NCBI GenBank assembly: GCA_053919585.1
Contig: CM132795.1
Direction: 5' to 3' (one strand)
DNA: 64,000 bases
DNA from: Euprymna scolopes
Taxonomy: Eukaryota
In this document: positions 11,340 through 24,068 of the stretch, in pieces
How positions within the stretch are numbered: the first letter of the stretch is position 1
Layout: each line of letters begins with the position of its first letter
Translations under genes and position numbers: made by a program
The notes under the pieces: model-generated
Database searches by the model: none
What the model was told of the DNA's origin: nothing
Seen by the model: only the letters and a program-made list of their open reading frames with translations

Positions 11340-13068
11340 CCTAGTGAGGAATGCTAATCCGTTCTTCCACCGTGTATACTCACTCTACCCTGTGCCCTGT
11401 TAGTAAAAGTCTTTGGTGGTTTAGATTTAATTTAAAACATACTAATAAATATTTATTGAGACCGGAGATGTGAGTGCTAAGTCTCAGAATGAGTTTCTTT
11501 TTATGTAAGCTTTTCCTTTTTTGCTGTGACCGAAAGTTGAAGGCTATTAAGGTTCATTTTATGCTGCCTTTGTAGTGGTCAGGAAGGGTGTAGTGCATTG
11601 CTATTGTTTGTTGTGTGGGTGTGTCTCTAATTGTTTGTCTGCGATTGTTGAGTTGTAAGCGCAACTTTCGACGTAGTTACCCTTTGTGCATCTGGTGAAA
11701 TATATTAGGTAGGCTGCATTGGAACTGTCACAGGTGAGCGTGGGGGATTTAAAGCTAAATTTCTGTGCCTGGAGGTGTGAATGTGTCGTTAGTATTAATT
11801 TGTTTGCAAATTTTGAATCTGGGTTTGTTGCTTGTTTTTTTTCCTTGAGGTGCGAAAGTGTTATGTAGGTTTGTGGAAGTTAGTAGTTGCCGTAGTTTCT
11901 GGGGCTTCCTTCCTGCACTGAGTGGAAACGTGTTGTATATTTTCTTGAAGGTGGAGTATTGCTGCAGTTGTCTGAATACCTGTTTGATATGTTTGCGAAG
12001 TTTGTCTGTGTTGTCGTTGTAATCAAATACCACTTGTATTTTTAGGGAGATATATATTGCGTTTTTTGTAAGTAGATTTAGCCTATTTTTAAGTTCTGCT
12101 TTCCTTAATGATTTTTTAAAAATTATACTAAGCGAGGTAATATCTATGAAGGAAGTGGTTGGCCAAAATTCCTACTTGTCTTTCGTACGCGATCGGGTCT
12201 GAGCAGATTCTTTAGAAATGTAGACACTGGCTGTATATAATATTTTTTATTGATAGAGTGGCACCTATTAAAGTTAAGGTAATCATGGCCATTGGTGGGT
12301 TTGGTGTAAAGCTATGTGGTGATATTTTTGGATGTGATGTTTACTTAAACATCTAAAAATGGGATGTGTGTGGTGGAGTGTTCTGTCGTGAATTTTATGC
12401 TGTTGTGGCAGTTGTTGATGTGTTGATAGAAGTCCATCAATGCCGCATCGCCATGTGGCCAAATAGGGAAGCTGTCATATATGTACCTGTAATAGAGTAA
12501 TGATGTTATGTGATAAGTGTGAGTGTATTTCTGTTCAAATATGCGCAGGTATATGTTGGCATAGCTGGGATCCATTTTTGTTCCCAATATTGTGCCTTTT
12601 ATTTGTAGATAGTGTGGGTTGTTGAATGTGGAGGTGTTGTATGTCAAGATGAATTGTATAATGTTGCATCTATCATTAATTTTCGTGTTTTATAGATTTT
12701 GCGCGTATAAGAGGTTCCTGCACGCGGATACTCCTTCCGCATGTGGGATGTTGGAATATAGTGAGGACGCATCCATAATCACAAGAATTGCATTATTTTG
12801 TAGAGTCCCTATGAAAAATTGGTAGAGGGGTTGGGGTGGGAGCACTAATTTCTCGATCGTGGTTCTGGTGCTGTTGTCTAGATTACTTAATATGTTTCGA
12901 AGTCCGGGTTTGAATACGAGGGTGGGACCAGTGCGAAGTAATTTGTAGAATTCCTTGTTTGCTAGTTGTGTGTCTATTTCTCTTAGTTAACCGTTAGTGT
13001 GTATGATGGGATTGCTCCGCCCTTGTCTGCTTATTTTATGATTATGAAGTGATTGTTTCGTAATAATT
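11340..13068 (-). mobile_element. Penelope-like retroelement (RT plus GIY-YIG endonuclease), 5'-truncated and decayed
   Basis: Minus-strand motifs: IIK*ADKGGAI (~13010-13045), HYLQIKGTILGTKMDPSYAN and YYRYIYD (ORF 12345-12647), KFTTE...IPFLDV. C-terminal C.KPR.K.C followed by TCDSSNAAYLI..C...YV (GIY-YIG module) at ~11670-11830. Confidence 0.88.
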
Positions 13069-13070
13069 AA

Positions 13071-13153
13071 AATACTTTCTGTATTTCTACATGTCAACAG
13101 ATATGAAATAAATACAGAAAAGATATAGACATTTATATATTTTTCGTATTGAT
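13071..13153. repeat. Right arm of the inverted repeat pair (partner 9952-10035)
   Basis: See partner. It abuts the truncation point of the Penelope element. Confidence 0.75.
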
Positions 13154-13218
13154 ATTTTATTCATAAATATTTATATATATTAAAGGAATACATGTGTATA
13201 AAACATGCAATTAAGACC

Positions 13219-13250
<32 letters not shown>

Positions 13251-14305
13251 ATGTATGTGTGTATGTCTGTGCGTGTATGGAAGCGAAGGAAAAAAGAATC
13301 GATGTTACTTAATAAATTTTACCTGATAGATGAACGAAATTTGTTTCATTCTAGCACGCCAATATAAACGATATTTAAACGTTAAGTTTTAGGTAAAAAC
13401 AATGTTTGTATTTAAAATAAGATTAATACAAACTTTTCACTTTACATACTATTAGGTCAATGCAATTTCCTACAGAAATGTTTAAACGAATCTAAACCAA
13501 TCTACGAATGCAATTGATTTGCTATTTCTACCGAATGCATAATTGCCTGGCTAAATGATGAGCGACTATTCTAGTTGTCATACTAGGTCCTTTGCAAGCT
13601 TTCTAGACTATAGAATATGTAATGGACTGATTTGTTATTAAACATTGGAACATATGCTTCTATGAGAGAGACTTTTTGCATATCGATTGAATTAGAATCT
13701 TTTATAACTCTAGTGACAAGCGAATTTTACAAAGAAAATGGCTTTAACCGCTCATTGTTAGATGATAAAAGCCTTTCTCTTAGATCTGTTCATAAAAGCG
13801 ATTACCCAAAGCTATTCCTTAACAGCGTGTAAGAGAATAAACGTATTCCGTTTGAATAGGAGACGTATTCAACGTAAGTAATGTCGCCTGTTGAGCAACA
13901 GTCAGATGCATATCGTTGACCTGCTTAATTCTTTATGGAATATTGTATATATATACAGTAGAGTATAGTTTCCTTACATATATATATATATATATATATA
14001 TAAATATAAATTCACTTAAAAAATAATACATATGCCGCGCCCACTTTGGGGTTACAAAAAGGGAAAATTATTCCCAACTTGCATTTAGGTAAAACTGCAC
14101 TTTCGTATATAAAATTGAATTCATTCAAAAAGTATTGCAAAANNNNNNNNNNNNNNNNNNNNNNNNNNNNNNNNNNNNNNNNNNNNNNNNNNNNNNNNNN
14201 NNNNNNNNNNNNNNNNNNNNNNNNNNNNNNNNNNNNNNNNNNNNNNNNNNNNNNNNNNNNNNNNNNNNNNNNNNNNNNNNNNNNNNNNNNNNNNNNNNNN
14301 NNNNN

Positions 14306-14857
14306 AATCAGAATTCATCGAACTACTGTTCTTGAGTGTCATTTTCACAACATTTCGGTCGATGAAACATCCGACAGGCGTATCTTGTGGAACTGGGAAA
14401 TGTTTCTGCCGAACTCGGGTATTTCAAACTGAACCCTTTACTTATTTTACGTGGTGAACATGCTTTCATTCGATTAGCCATGACTGGATGGAGGTCCTAA
14501 GTAATTCGCAATTCTATTTTTCTGTCGCACACACTTAGAGTCCGACCTTCAACCTTCGGCATAATATCATTTTTACAATTGATTTTCAGAGTCTTTTAAC
14601 TATTGCATTGGACGACAGAAAATACAATTGAGAATTATTGAGAACCACTATCCAGTCATGACGAAAGGAAATAGAGCGTGCTATCCCCGTGAAGTAAATA
14701 AAGGATTTCGTTCGGAATTCCGTCAAAATTCCCAAGTTAGACAGAAACATTTCCGAGTTCGAAAAGAAACACTTAAAAGGTCTAAGATTACATTGACCGA
14801 ACCGTTGTGAAAATGAAACTCCAGATGAGAATAGTAACTGATGAATCCAAATAATAC
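14306..14857. mobile_element. Fold-back element with decayed hammerhead-like arms (family 2)
   Basis: ~220-bp imperfect inverted arms (14311-14527 and 14613-14848) with an 85-bp spacer. Examples: ATTTTCACAACATTTCGGTCGATG vs CATTGACCGAACCGTTGTGAAAAT, and CATGACTGGAT vs ATCCAGTCATG. Same layout as 7618-8070. Confidence 0.7.
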
Positions 14858-16557
14858 GAATAACACGCGTGATTGAAGAGATGTTAACATCATTATTTTT
14901 TTCTTCTAAGTTTATTGCTACGTATAATGATGAGTTCAGTAAGATAAAAATAGCTCAACAACTTGGAGTTTTGCATATAAATTTGTCAGGAAATAACGCC
15001 TGGATGCTCAGTAGTTATATATGCTCTATAACACTGCCCGATATCGCTGCCATAGAAGCCGTTTGTGAAATCATCGCCTATCAAGTAATGTCGAATATAC
15101 CATATTAAAATAGACGTTTAAATCTCGTCTTTATGCACAATATATATTTACATTTTAATAATTAAAATATAAACTGACTTCTTTCTACTAGTTTTTAAAT
15201 GTTACTGTAAAAGAATCATATTGAAGCTTATTAAAATATGTTCTTAGATGAATACTTAGCCACCACAATATAATATGCCTTTTTAGCCTTGCTTCTCAAA
15301 CAGTAAATCTTTTTTTACGTTTTCTTATAATAGAATCCGACCTATCTAGGTTTTATCTTTACTTGTCCAAACATGTTTATCACAAATGGGTCAACCACTA
15401 GGTGTCTTCTGATGAATTATTCTCCTCAGAATCTGAATATCCGTCTCTTTGTGGCTTTTGTAGGACACATTGGACTCTCGTGTTACGTAATACTTGTTCC
15501 CAATAGGTTTTGCTGCAATTTTTGTTTCAGAGTATATAATTTAATACGAGATATAACCTTTTTTCTTAACATCTGAAACATTTCTCTTGAAACCTTCTTT
15601 TTTCGTTATATAGGATGGTGCATTAATGTCACTTGCAAACAAATTGGCTTTTTTGGGCTCATAGAAGATGGAACATGTTATTTTTGGTCATTCAATTTCT
15701 TACAAAAGTGCATTGAGTTATCATTTAAGTATGGGTACTCCGAGTTTTCTTAAACGTTTTTTCTGAAAGGGTGCAAGTACTTTTCTGCCTTAGAATAACA
15801 TCTCACATCCTGTCGTGCGAACGTGTTATATTTTTCTATTAAGAATTGACAGAGTGATTTAAATTCATTGAACATGAAATGCGTCCCGTTGACCAGATGC
15901 AATACATGCAACGGTCCGGAACCGGGCAAGCAAGTATCATATAAAAGATAATAGTGTAGTCGGTTTCCAGAAACTGTGCACCACTTCCTGTTGTTAGTGA
16001 TTCAATTGACAATGCGCTAACACAGCCTCTTAGTCATTTTCTTGAGAAACCCGGCTGTATTAACTGTTACGTTGCAGCTTACATGCGTCGAAGTTTTTTT
16101 TTTTTATTATTAGTTTGCCACATGCGACCAGGCTATATTGTGGCTGAATAAATCCGAGTTCCGGTAGCAGTTTTTCTAACATTGAAGAACAGCAATAAAT
16201 ATGACTCTACAGCCATATATTTTAAAGCGTATTATAGAAGTATAGAATAATGCACTACGGAACGATTGCGGCGATAGAGACAGCCGTTCATCGTAGTCTG
16301 CTCTATACATAGTTTCTAGAATAGTTCATATAGAAATAAAATAAAGTAGGTTACATAACATCATGAGTAGATCAGACTATGTAACAAACACAATTACTTT
16401 AATAATGTCATGACCTGTGGAAGTTAGGGATTTCCGTTTGTGGAGTGATAAAACTGCGTTTATTGAACAAAGGCGAAGTGGATGTTGCATACAAAATAAT
16501 TCCGAATCATAGTCATATCAACTAATGAATAGTTTCAAATATTCTTTTTATATAATA

Positions 16558-17002
16558 CTAGTCTGAGTGGCCGGCGTTGTCCGGGTGATTGAAGGTGTGT
16601 GTTGAGCAAAAAAAAAACGTGGTAGCAAGCAGGCAGGCTGGACCCGTACCGCGAAGGAGGAAAAGAACCTGGAAAAACATGATGCCGTAGCCTTTTCGTC
16701 CGTCGTGAAACCGGAAGTGGCGAAGGGTTCAATAAAGGCTAGCCAATCTAAAAACGGAGATGATTTTCGAAAATATCGGCAAAAAAGCGATCCCTCCCTG
16801 TAGAAAAGTGTCCAGATGAGGATGAAGGAATTAATGTTTTTGGCTAATTTTTCAATATTTGTCGTCCAAATAGTCGCACTTCAAGACGATATCAATCTCG
16901 TTAAAATCCGTCGACTCCGTGTACAGTTTTAGGCCGACATGCAAACATACATACATGCATATATACATTTAAACAGACAGGTGAGATTTGTATTATAGAA
17001 GA
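16558..17002 (-). mobile_element. Non-autonomous Helitron
   Basis: Minus strand starts TC(TTCTATAATAC) and ends with a CCCGGACAACGCCGG hairpin followed by CTAG. Inserted between A and T, no TSD. The 3' ~400 bp is homologous to 39330-39735. Confidence 0.75.
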
Positions 17003-20000
17003 TGTGGTAAACGATGAATTTTATCATAAAATGGCGTCATGTTTTATCATTATGTACGGTCAATATTTTATACTTACATTCACTCATACTATTTTGTAAA
17101 CAATGCAGAAAATGAACAATCAATAAAACTTTCGACATATTTAATATACGATATTATCAGTAAAAGTTCATCTAATAAGGAGTATCTTTTTATAATGTTA
17201 ATGTTCTGTACAATTTCTTAATCAAAACAAACTAAGTTTGTTTTGAGTTTTTAAGCAATTACGTAACCCCATGGACATATTCTCACTGTTTAACAATAAC
17301 ACCCCTCAAATTGCAAGTTCGTACCTTATGTTGAATAGCATAGAGTATTAAAACACTTACATTAAAAGTAATTATTAAAAATGGAATGTGAAAACATGTT
17401 TGTCACAAGAGGGACAAAAGAAGAAAAATATTTTAATATTAAATTGTAATCCTCGTGTTCTTTTTCGAAATAACTTGTAAATAATTCAGAGAAATACAAC
17501 ATGCATTCGGTCGAATGTACATTTCTCAGAATAAATTCAATCAATTAAAACTCGAATGGATTGCATAACTATACAGTTAGTTAAGTCATAGTCGTGAATG
17601 TTTAATCAGGATTTCATTGGCATTATGTTTAAGTATATATTGACCGAGAATGTTGGCAGATTTCATAGTCAACTTTCTGTGATAAATGAAAGAAAAACGT
17701 TGTAATATAACTATCAGAAATCCATATGAGCGGTGTTGTGCAATGTGCAGATAACTGTTTTTCTAGCATTACTCCCATGTAAATCCTCATCCCGGTATCA
17801 ATATCTGTCAATTCGTCGTTTCAAGTTAAAATATATTTTAATAATGTTTTTTTTTTTTTTTTACAAAATAATAGCTTTATTTAGACGCGCTCAGTATGCA
17901 CTTAGTAACTACGTATTTAGTTTAAAATCATCTAATATGTGTGCATAAATAATAGGATATGGCAGGCAACACATCACACATAAAATACTCCCAATGTTAA
18001 ATTTATTTTATTTTGGTTAATATCTTAAACTGATCTCGTTCCAGCCGCATCTGCGCTCAAATTCTTTTGTGATTAAAATATTCAAACTAAAAAAAGTAAT
18101 TAAAGATAAAAAATATGGTGTTGTTTTATTTTGTGAAAGAATGAAATGTTTAAGCTGTTTGCAAGTCTTGAATAATCCCCTTAGAAATCTTAATTCAAAT
18201 TTGAATCCAATTACGTTTTTCTCCTTTTTATCATATTGCTTTGCACAACTGTACATGTTATTTGTTTGATTTGTTTTACAAACTATCTATTTGCTGCGTT
18301 GGATGATAATATAATAATCTTTATATGAAGGAACAGTAAGCCCGCAATTTGAAGAAGGGGAAATATCTGATAATATGCTCAATAGAGATACAACCATCAT
18401 TAAGAACCACAGTGTTTATTATTATTATGATTATTTAAGGTTGCATCAATGAAAACATCTTGCAAACCTTTTTTTTAGAAAAGGATGGTTGTTAAATGAT
18501 TAGATGATTTCGATTTTTATAAATGGATTAAAAGATGCGGTTATATAAGAGCAAGGAAAATGAATAAAAGAACAGAAGGGTTGTAAGAAAAGCAGAGATA
18601 AAAATTAAAGAAACAATGGATTTATGGGGTAAAATAAACGAACGATAACAATAAATTGTGTGGGATTTAACAAGAAAGAAGCGACAAACATGTACGATGT
18701 AATGTAAAAATCGTATGGGTATGAGTAGAGAAAATAAATAAAAAGTTAAACACAAGTAAGATTAAAATACGTTCAAAAATATATAATTTCTTAGTAATTT
18801 GGAATTTATCTATCAAAGATTAGGCTCATTGTACTATTCTAAAAGGACTGAAACTGTAGCCAAAACTAAACTAAAATCTTATAGGTAGCGTTTTTTGATC
18901 TTTCCCACCCTCGGTGTGGAACCCAATTCCGTGGGGCTTCTTTCCATCTGTCTGTAACGTGGTCATTTTACAATCTAAATAAGTCCCTTCTGAGCCGTTT
19001 GCTTGAATAATTAAGCCAATTATACCGAATTCCATCATTAAATATCATGCTGTGTCACCATTACTTTAACCGTCGGGTTAAAATTAGAATTTGCCCTCGG
19101 GCGTTTAGAATATATTTCCCTCCAAGTAAAAGAAAAACGAAAAAAAAAACGATCAGCTTGCGTAATAAAAAAATTCATATATCTCGGATGTGTATAAAAA
19201 GAAAGAATAACACACTGATTTTCGGTATCCGTGCATTTCCTTTACTTGCTTAATAAGTGAAAATTCAACGATAAGACGGTAACAACATACAAATAAATTA
19301 AATGCATCTATTTGGTCTCCATTACTGTGTTAAATTATGCGAGACACACGTTACCGAAAATACAGCTCAATTAATATTCCTACCAAATTACTAAATCAAT
19401 TTTTAATCAGACATTTTATTTGACTCAACCCGAAAACAATAATATTCAGTGTTTACACCCTTCATCTTTCTAAATCAGCTTAATCACAAATCACTACACA
19501 GTAATTCGAGTAATTAGGACGCGAGAGGTCCTATTCAGCATAATAGATGCCAATCGCCTTAAATCATGAACTTCGCTTCAAATCAGGTTAAAAGCAGGAC
19601 CCTTGGAAATATGATGGTAGATAGAAAAAATGAATACAAATGAAATAAAAACGATGCATTTAAAACATTTTTACAAACTTATTATTAACTTTTCAGCTAA
19701 AATAATTGATATAAAATCTTAGATTTTCTCCTATGAAAGTTGAGCACACACTACTTTGTTCTGTTTTTTTTACTGAATATTTTTGTAAATGATAAAAGAA
19801 CGTATTTCAATTCTATTGCATGTTTTTTTTTAATTTACAAAGGACAGAATAATAAAAACATCTTCACAACATGATTATCTTAAAATTACGAAATAAACTA
19901 GCCAATTCGAAACAGTAAACAGAACCATGTTTTTTGGAAAATATTTGGAGAGGAAATAGTTTTAATTATCTGTAACTTACAAGGATCAATTACAAAGGAT

Positions 20001-20387
20001 GGTAAATTGTCTTTAATTAATGAATGTTTGCGATGATGATGTTTTTGTGGCACTGGACGTACGGAGAAGTGAATTAATACTTCACAGAAAAGTACTATTT
20101 GGAACAAATCAAAGTTTTTAAAAATAAATGTTAAAATACATTTTTTCAGAAAATTATAGCAAACGTAATTCAGAATGTAAAACTATTTCCTTTTCTCTAA
20201 GTTGGTCTCCTCACAGTGCTAATGGACGCAAAATGTATTGAAATATTTAACACAATGAAAGAATAGACAAACCAATATTTTACATTTCAATTTTTTTTTA
20301 AGTATGTGTGTACCTTAAATGAATCGTGAAATTTGAATTTTGCATATCGACAAGTTAATATGAGGAAATTAACACACACACACATAT

Positions 20388-21190
20388 ATATATATGTATA
20401 TAAAGCTGAATGTCTGTGTGTGTGTATGTGTGTCTGGTCACGAATAGGCTCCTATATGGTTGACTATTTAAAAAAAAAACTGATTACATATAATGATAGA
20501 AGATGTATCGAGACACAGGAATGGGTATGTTTGATCTGGCAGACTGGTGGCCCATTAAAATTTTCGTGTCTGCGTTCGCGCCTGATCCGCAAAGTATTGA
20601 AACAAAAAATTAAAAAATTTAAAAAAAAGTGTACAAGTGTTTTTGATAAAGATGTACATAAGAATACTTTGATAAGTATGTTTTAACTTAAATAGGGATG
20701 GTATAATGAAATTGCGGGGTCTGCGTTCGCGCCTGGCCTCTATAGAATGGAAATACGCACAGACTGTAATAAGGAATTTTCATATCTATCTGCGTAATTA
20801 TACTTTGATAATTATGTTTCAGCTTAAAGAAAACAAAACCTAAAGACATTGAGTCAAATATCATAATCATTAGGCCAGCATGACACGTTTTTACTAGTTG
20901 TTTTAAGTATATGAAAGTTAAGCATAATGAAGTGGCCATGTGCTCGATTCACACGTGCGCATTCGTGAAACCGTTAGCAAAAAGATAGAAATCTGATAAC
21001 CCTATGTACTAATTTTACAATTGTGACACTCTAGCAGCCTTTTTTCCAGATAAACCCCGATTAAAATTTTTCTACGCGTCTGAATACTCTATATACCAAA
21101 TAAAAATATTTAGATAAAAAAATCGTTGAGTACATAGGTTGAGTATTGTTCCTCCACACACAAAACTTTTCAGTGTACTAGATATACTAG
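20388..21190 (+). mobile_element. Probable decayed Helitron-type non-autonomous element(s)
   Basis: Start TATATAAAGCTGAATGTCTGTGTGTGTG resembles the 5' end of the element at 38880. Internal 16-bp direct repeat TCTGCGTTCGCGCCTG; CTAG near 21180-21190. The 3' boundary is uncertain. Confidence 0.35.
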
Positions 21191-21717
21191 AATAAATAGA
21201 TAAGGCAAGAAAATTAGATTCTAATTGGATAGATTTTTTCAGGAACAAAGAGGAACGAGATGGTTGCTAATTTATTAAGGAATGAAAACGTGGGTGGATC
21301 AAGTCCCAATCTAGTCCTTCCCACAGAAAATCTTTCAGTCAATATTTCAAGAGGCCGGCAACATAAATATTGTGTCTACTATGAGTATCCGATGTCTTTC
21401 TAGAAAGGTTAATAACTAAAGAATGATGAGGAAAACCCATGCAAAAAATCGAATTATCTGATTCATATGTAATGGCTAGATGACACTCGAGATGTGACCT
21501 CCACTCTACAAAATTGGTTTCTCGAGAAAATTTATTCATTACGCGATGCTAAATGATAATTAAACAGGAAGATAAGAGGTCTATAGTAAACATATTGGTT
21601 TTGAATTAGTGTTGCAAAGGAACAGGAGTCCGCTAATTAAAACCCGAAAACAGAAAGACATAAGCATATGTACGTTATAATTACAGTGAAGTCAATGACA
21701 ATTTATTTATAGAAATA

Positions 21718-23000
21718 CGAGGGGCGTGCAATAAGTAATGCCAATGGCCCACTTTCAGTTGCCTAATCGAGCTGAAATTTTGCATGTGCAATGATTTATA
21801 TATCTACGGGTTATGTGGCAAATTATAGATCAGAAATAATTGTGATTTCTGTTTTACAGGGGTTTGAACTGAGTCAGGTGTGAAATGGAGCCTGTTGAAT
21901 GTCGAGCAGTGATCCGGTTTTTATATTTGAACGGATGCACACCACAGGAGACTTTTGATTAAATGAAATAAACTTATAATGATAATGTCCCACCATATGA
22001 ACTTGTAAAACGCTGGCATCGTGAATGCAAACATGCCCGGAAGTCCGTGGAAACAGCGCCAAACGTGGTCGCCATTCTGCCATTGATGAGGCATCTGTCC
22101 GTCAAGTTGAGGCTGCCATTTTGGAAGATCGGCGCATTACTATTCAACAAATAGCCCAAGATATCAAGCTAAGTCTGTGGAAACTATCATTCAGTACCAT
22201 TTGCATATGGATAAGGTGTCTGCCAGATGGATTCCCAGGTTGCTCACATCATTCCAGAAGCGTTAACGCGTCCAGTGCTTGAGGATGAATTCGGAGATGT
22301 GCCAATAAGATGAGTCGAAGTTTTCAAAAGACTGATTACACAGGATTAAACCTGGGTCCATCACTATGATCCAGAGACCAAAGCCCAGTGAATGCAGTGA
22401 ACGCACTTGGACTTACCACCTCCAAAGTAGGCAAGGGTGCAGCCATCCGCTGGCAAGGTCATACTCACAGTCTTCTGGGACCAGGACGGAGTAGGTATGA
22501 CAGATTTCCTGGCAAAGGGTGCCACAATTACAGGAGCCTATAATGTTTCACTTTTGAGGAAATTAAGGGAAGCTATCAAAATCAAGAGGAGGCTGCACAA
22601 GATCAGCACAGGTACCTTCCTCCTGCAGGACAACGCTCCGGTTCAAAACTCGCATGTCGCCAGATCAGAAGCACGGGTGTGTGGTTATGAAATCCACTCC
22701 CATTTTCCCTACTCTCCTGACCTTACACGCTCTGACTTTCACCTCTTCCCAGTTATAAAGTTGTGTTTTGAAATGAAAGCGTTTCCCAGATGATGCAGCA
22801 TTGATTTCTGAAGTCACATCGTGGTTAGAGCATCAACCTGAGGTGTTCTACAAAACGGTCACCGGAGCCGCATTAAACGATGGGAGAAATGCATGACTCT
22901 GAGTGTTCATAAGTAGAGAAAGACCAATAACTGTTCCAAGTTTCGTTGCTCTTCTGCTATGGGAAGTGGGGCAGGGACATTACTTCTTGCGCGCCCCTCG
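21718..23000 (+). mobile_element. Full-length mariner DNA transposon, copy 2 of the same family, inactive
   Basis: TA|CGAGGGGCGTGCAATAAGTAATGC ... CATTACTTCTTGCGCGCCCCTCG|TA, 1283 bp. Collinear with 2375-3660 along its whole length. Confidence 0.95.
21885..22930 (+). pseudogene. Mariner transposase pseudogene (multiple stops and frameshifts)
   Basis: Starts ATGGAGCCTGTTGAATGT as in copy 1. ORF 22437-22793 has SAGKVILTVFWD, LLQDNA and PYSPDLTRSDFHLF. Confidence 0.9.
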
Positions 23001-23439
23001 TATTTCGTGTAGCTATGTTATGGTATATCAACACTTCCAGATTATTCAATGATGAATCAATAAGTTTTGGAAGAAAATAGTGTTAAGCTTCAACTTTTTA
23101 GTTCTTCAAATATTTATTTCTGGAGCTTTTTTTTTTTAATTATTTTGTTTTGCATCATATAAACACTTAGCAGTTTATTTATGACTGAATACAGTAATTA
23201 AAAAAAAAGACTTCTGTTTGAAAATTTTTATATCTTCTAATGTTTATTTATGTAGTTTGGATTAGGTGTTTTGTTTTACGGCACATGAACGATGCCGAAA
23301 CTCGTAATTTCGGAAAATATTGTTCATGCTGAATTGTCTTTCTATTTTAAAATATTTATTTATGGTGTTTGGTTTGTTATTTTATAGAAAGTTTGCAGTG
23401 TTTTTTTTATTTTTTAATTCGTACCAACTGATCGTCGGT

Positions 23440-23703
23440 TATTTATTTTTGTTTTATGGCATATCAACCCTTTTCAGGTTATTTAATACCGAATCCAGTA
23501 TTTTGAAGAATATTTTTAATAGACTTTATATTTCTTTCAAGTCGGTTTCTATTTAACCCATAGTTGGGTTCCTAACAGGTACTACGCCTCCGGGTCAGAG
23601 TGGACCTGGGAGCAATGGCAACTAAAGGGTTGCTCTACATCCCCCAAATCCCTCAATCTGGGGGTTTACTATCGGATATAGTTTAAGGTCATATCCAGGA
23701 CCA
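23440..23703 (+). repeat. Short interspersed repeat with a GC-richer structured 3' part (SINE-like)
   Basis: The head GTTTTATGGCATATCAACC...TTATTTAATACCGAAT recurs in decayed form at ~23015 and ~23270. The 3' part has hairpins AACCCA/TGGGTT, CTCCGGGTC/GACCTGGGAG and CCCCCA/TGGGGG. Confidence 0.5.
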
Positions 23704-24003
23704 CAACCTGATTGTGTTCTTCACAGGAAAAGTAAACCAAATGACAATAATGTTTAGTGTATTTAAGGTTAAAAGGCAGTATATACAGACACTCTGTTTT
23801 GTTGATAGATGCGAGATATACAATTTACTCCCCATGTTATCAGATTGCCAATTAAGTGTCTATCATCATTTTAGATATTATTAAACTTTATGTAGAAGTG
23901 TGAGACGTACATCAGATGACAGTAGTCTCTTATAAATAAATGTCCAATTTTAGGTAAAATATAAAATATTCTATTGTGTAGCATATTATTTGGATTTACA
24001 GTG

Positions 24004-24068
<65 letters not shown>

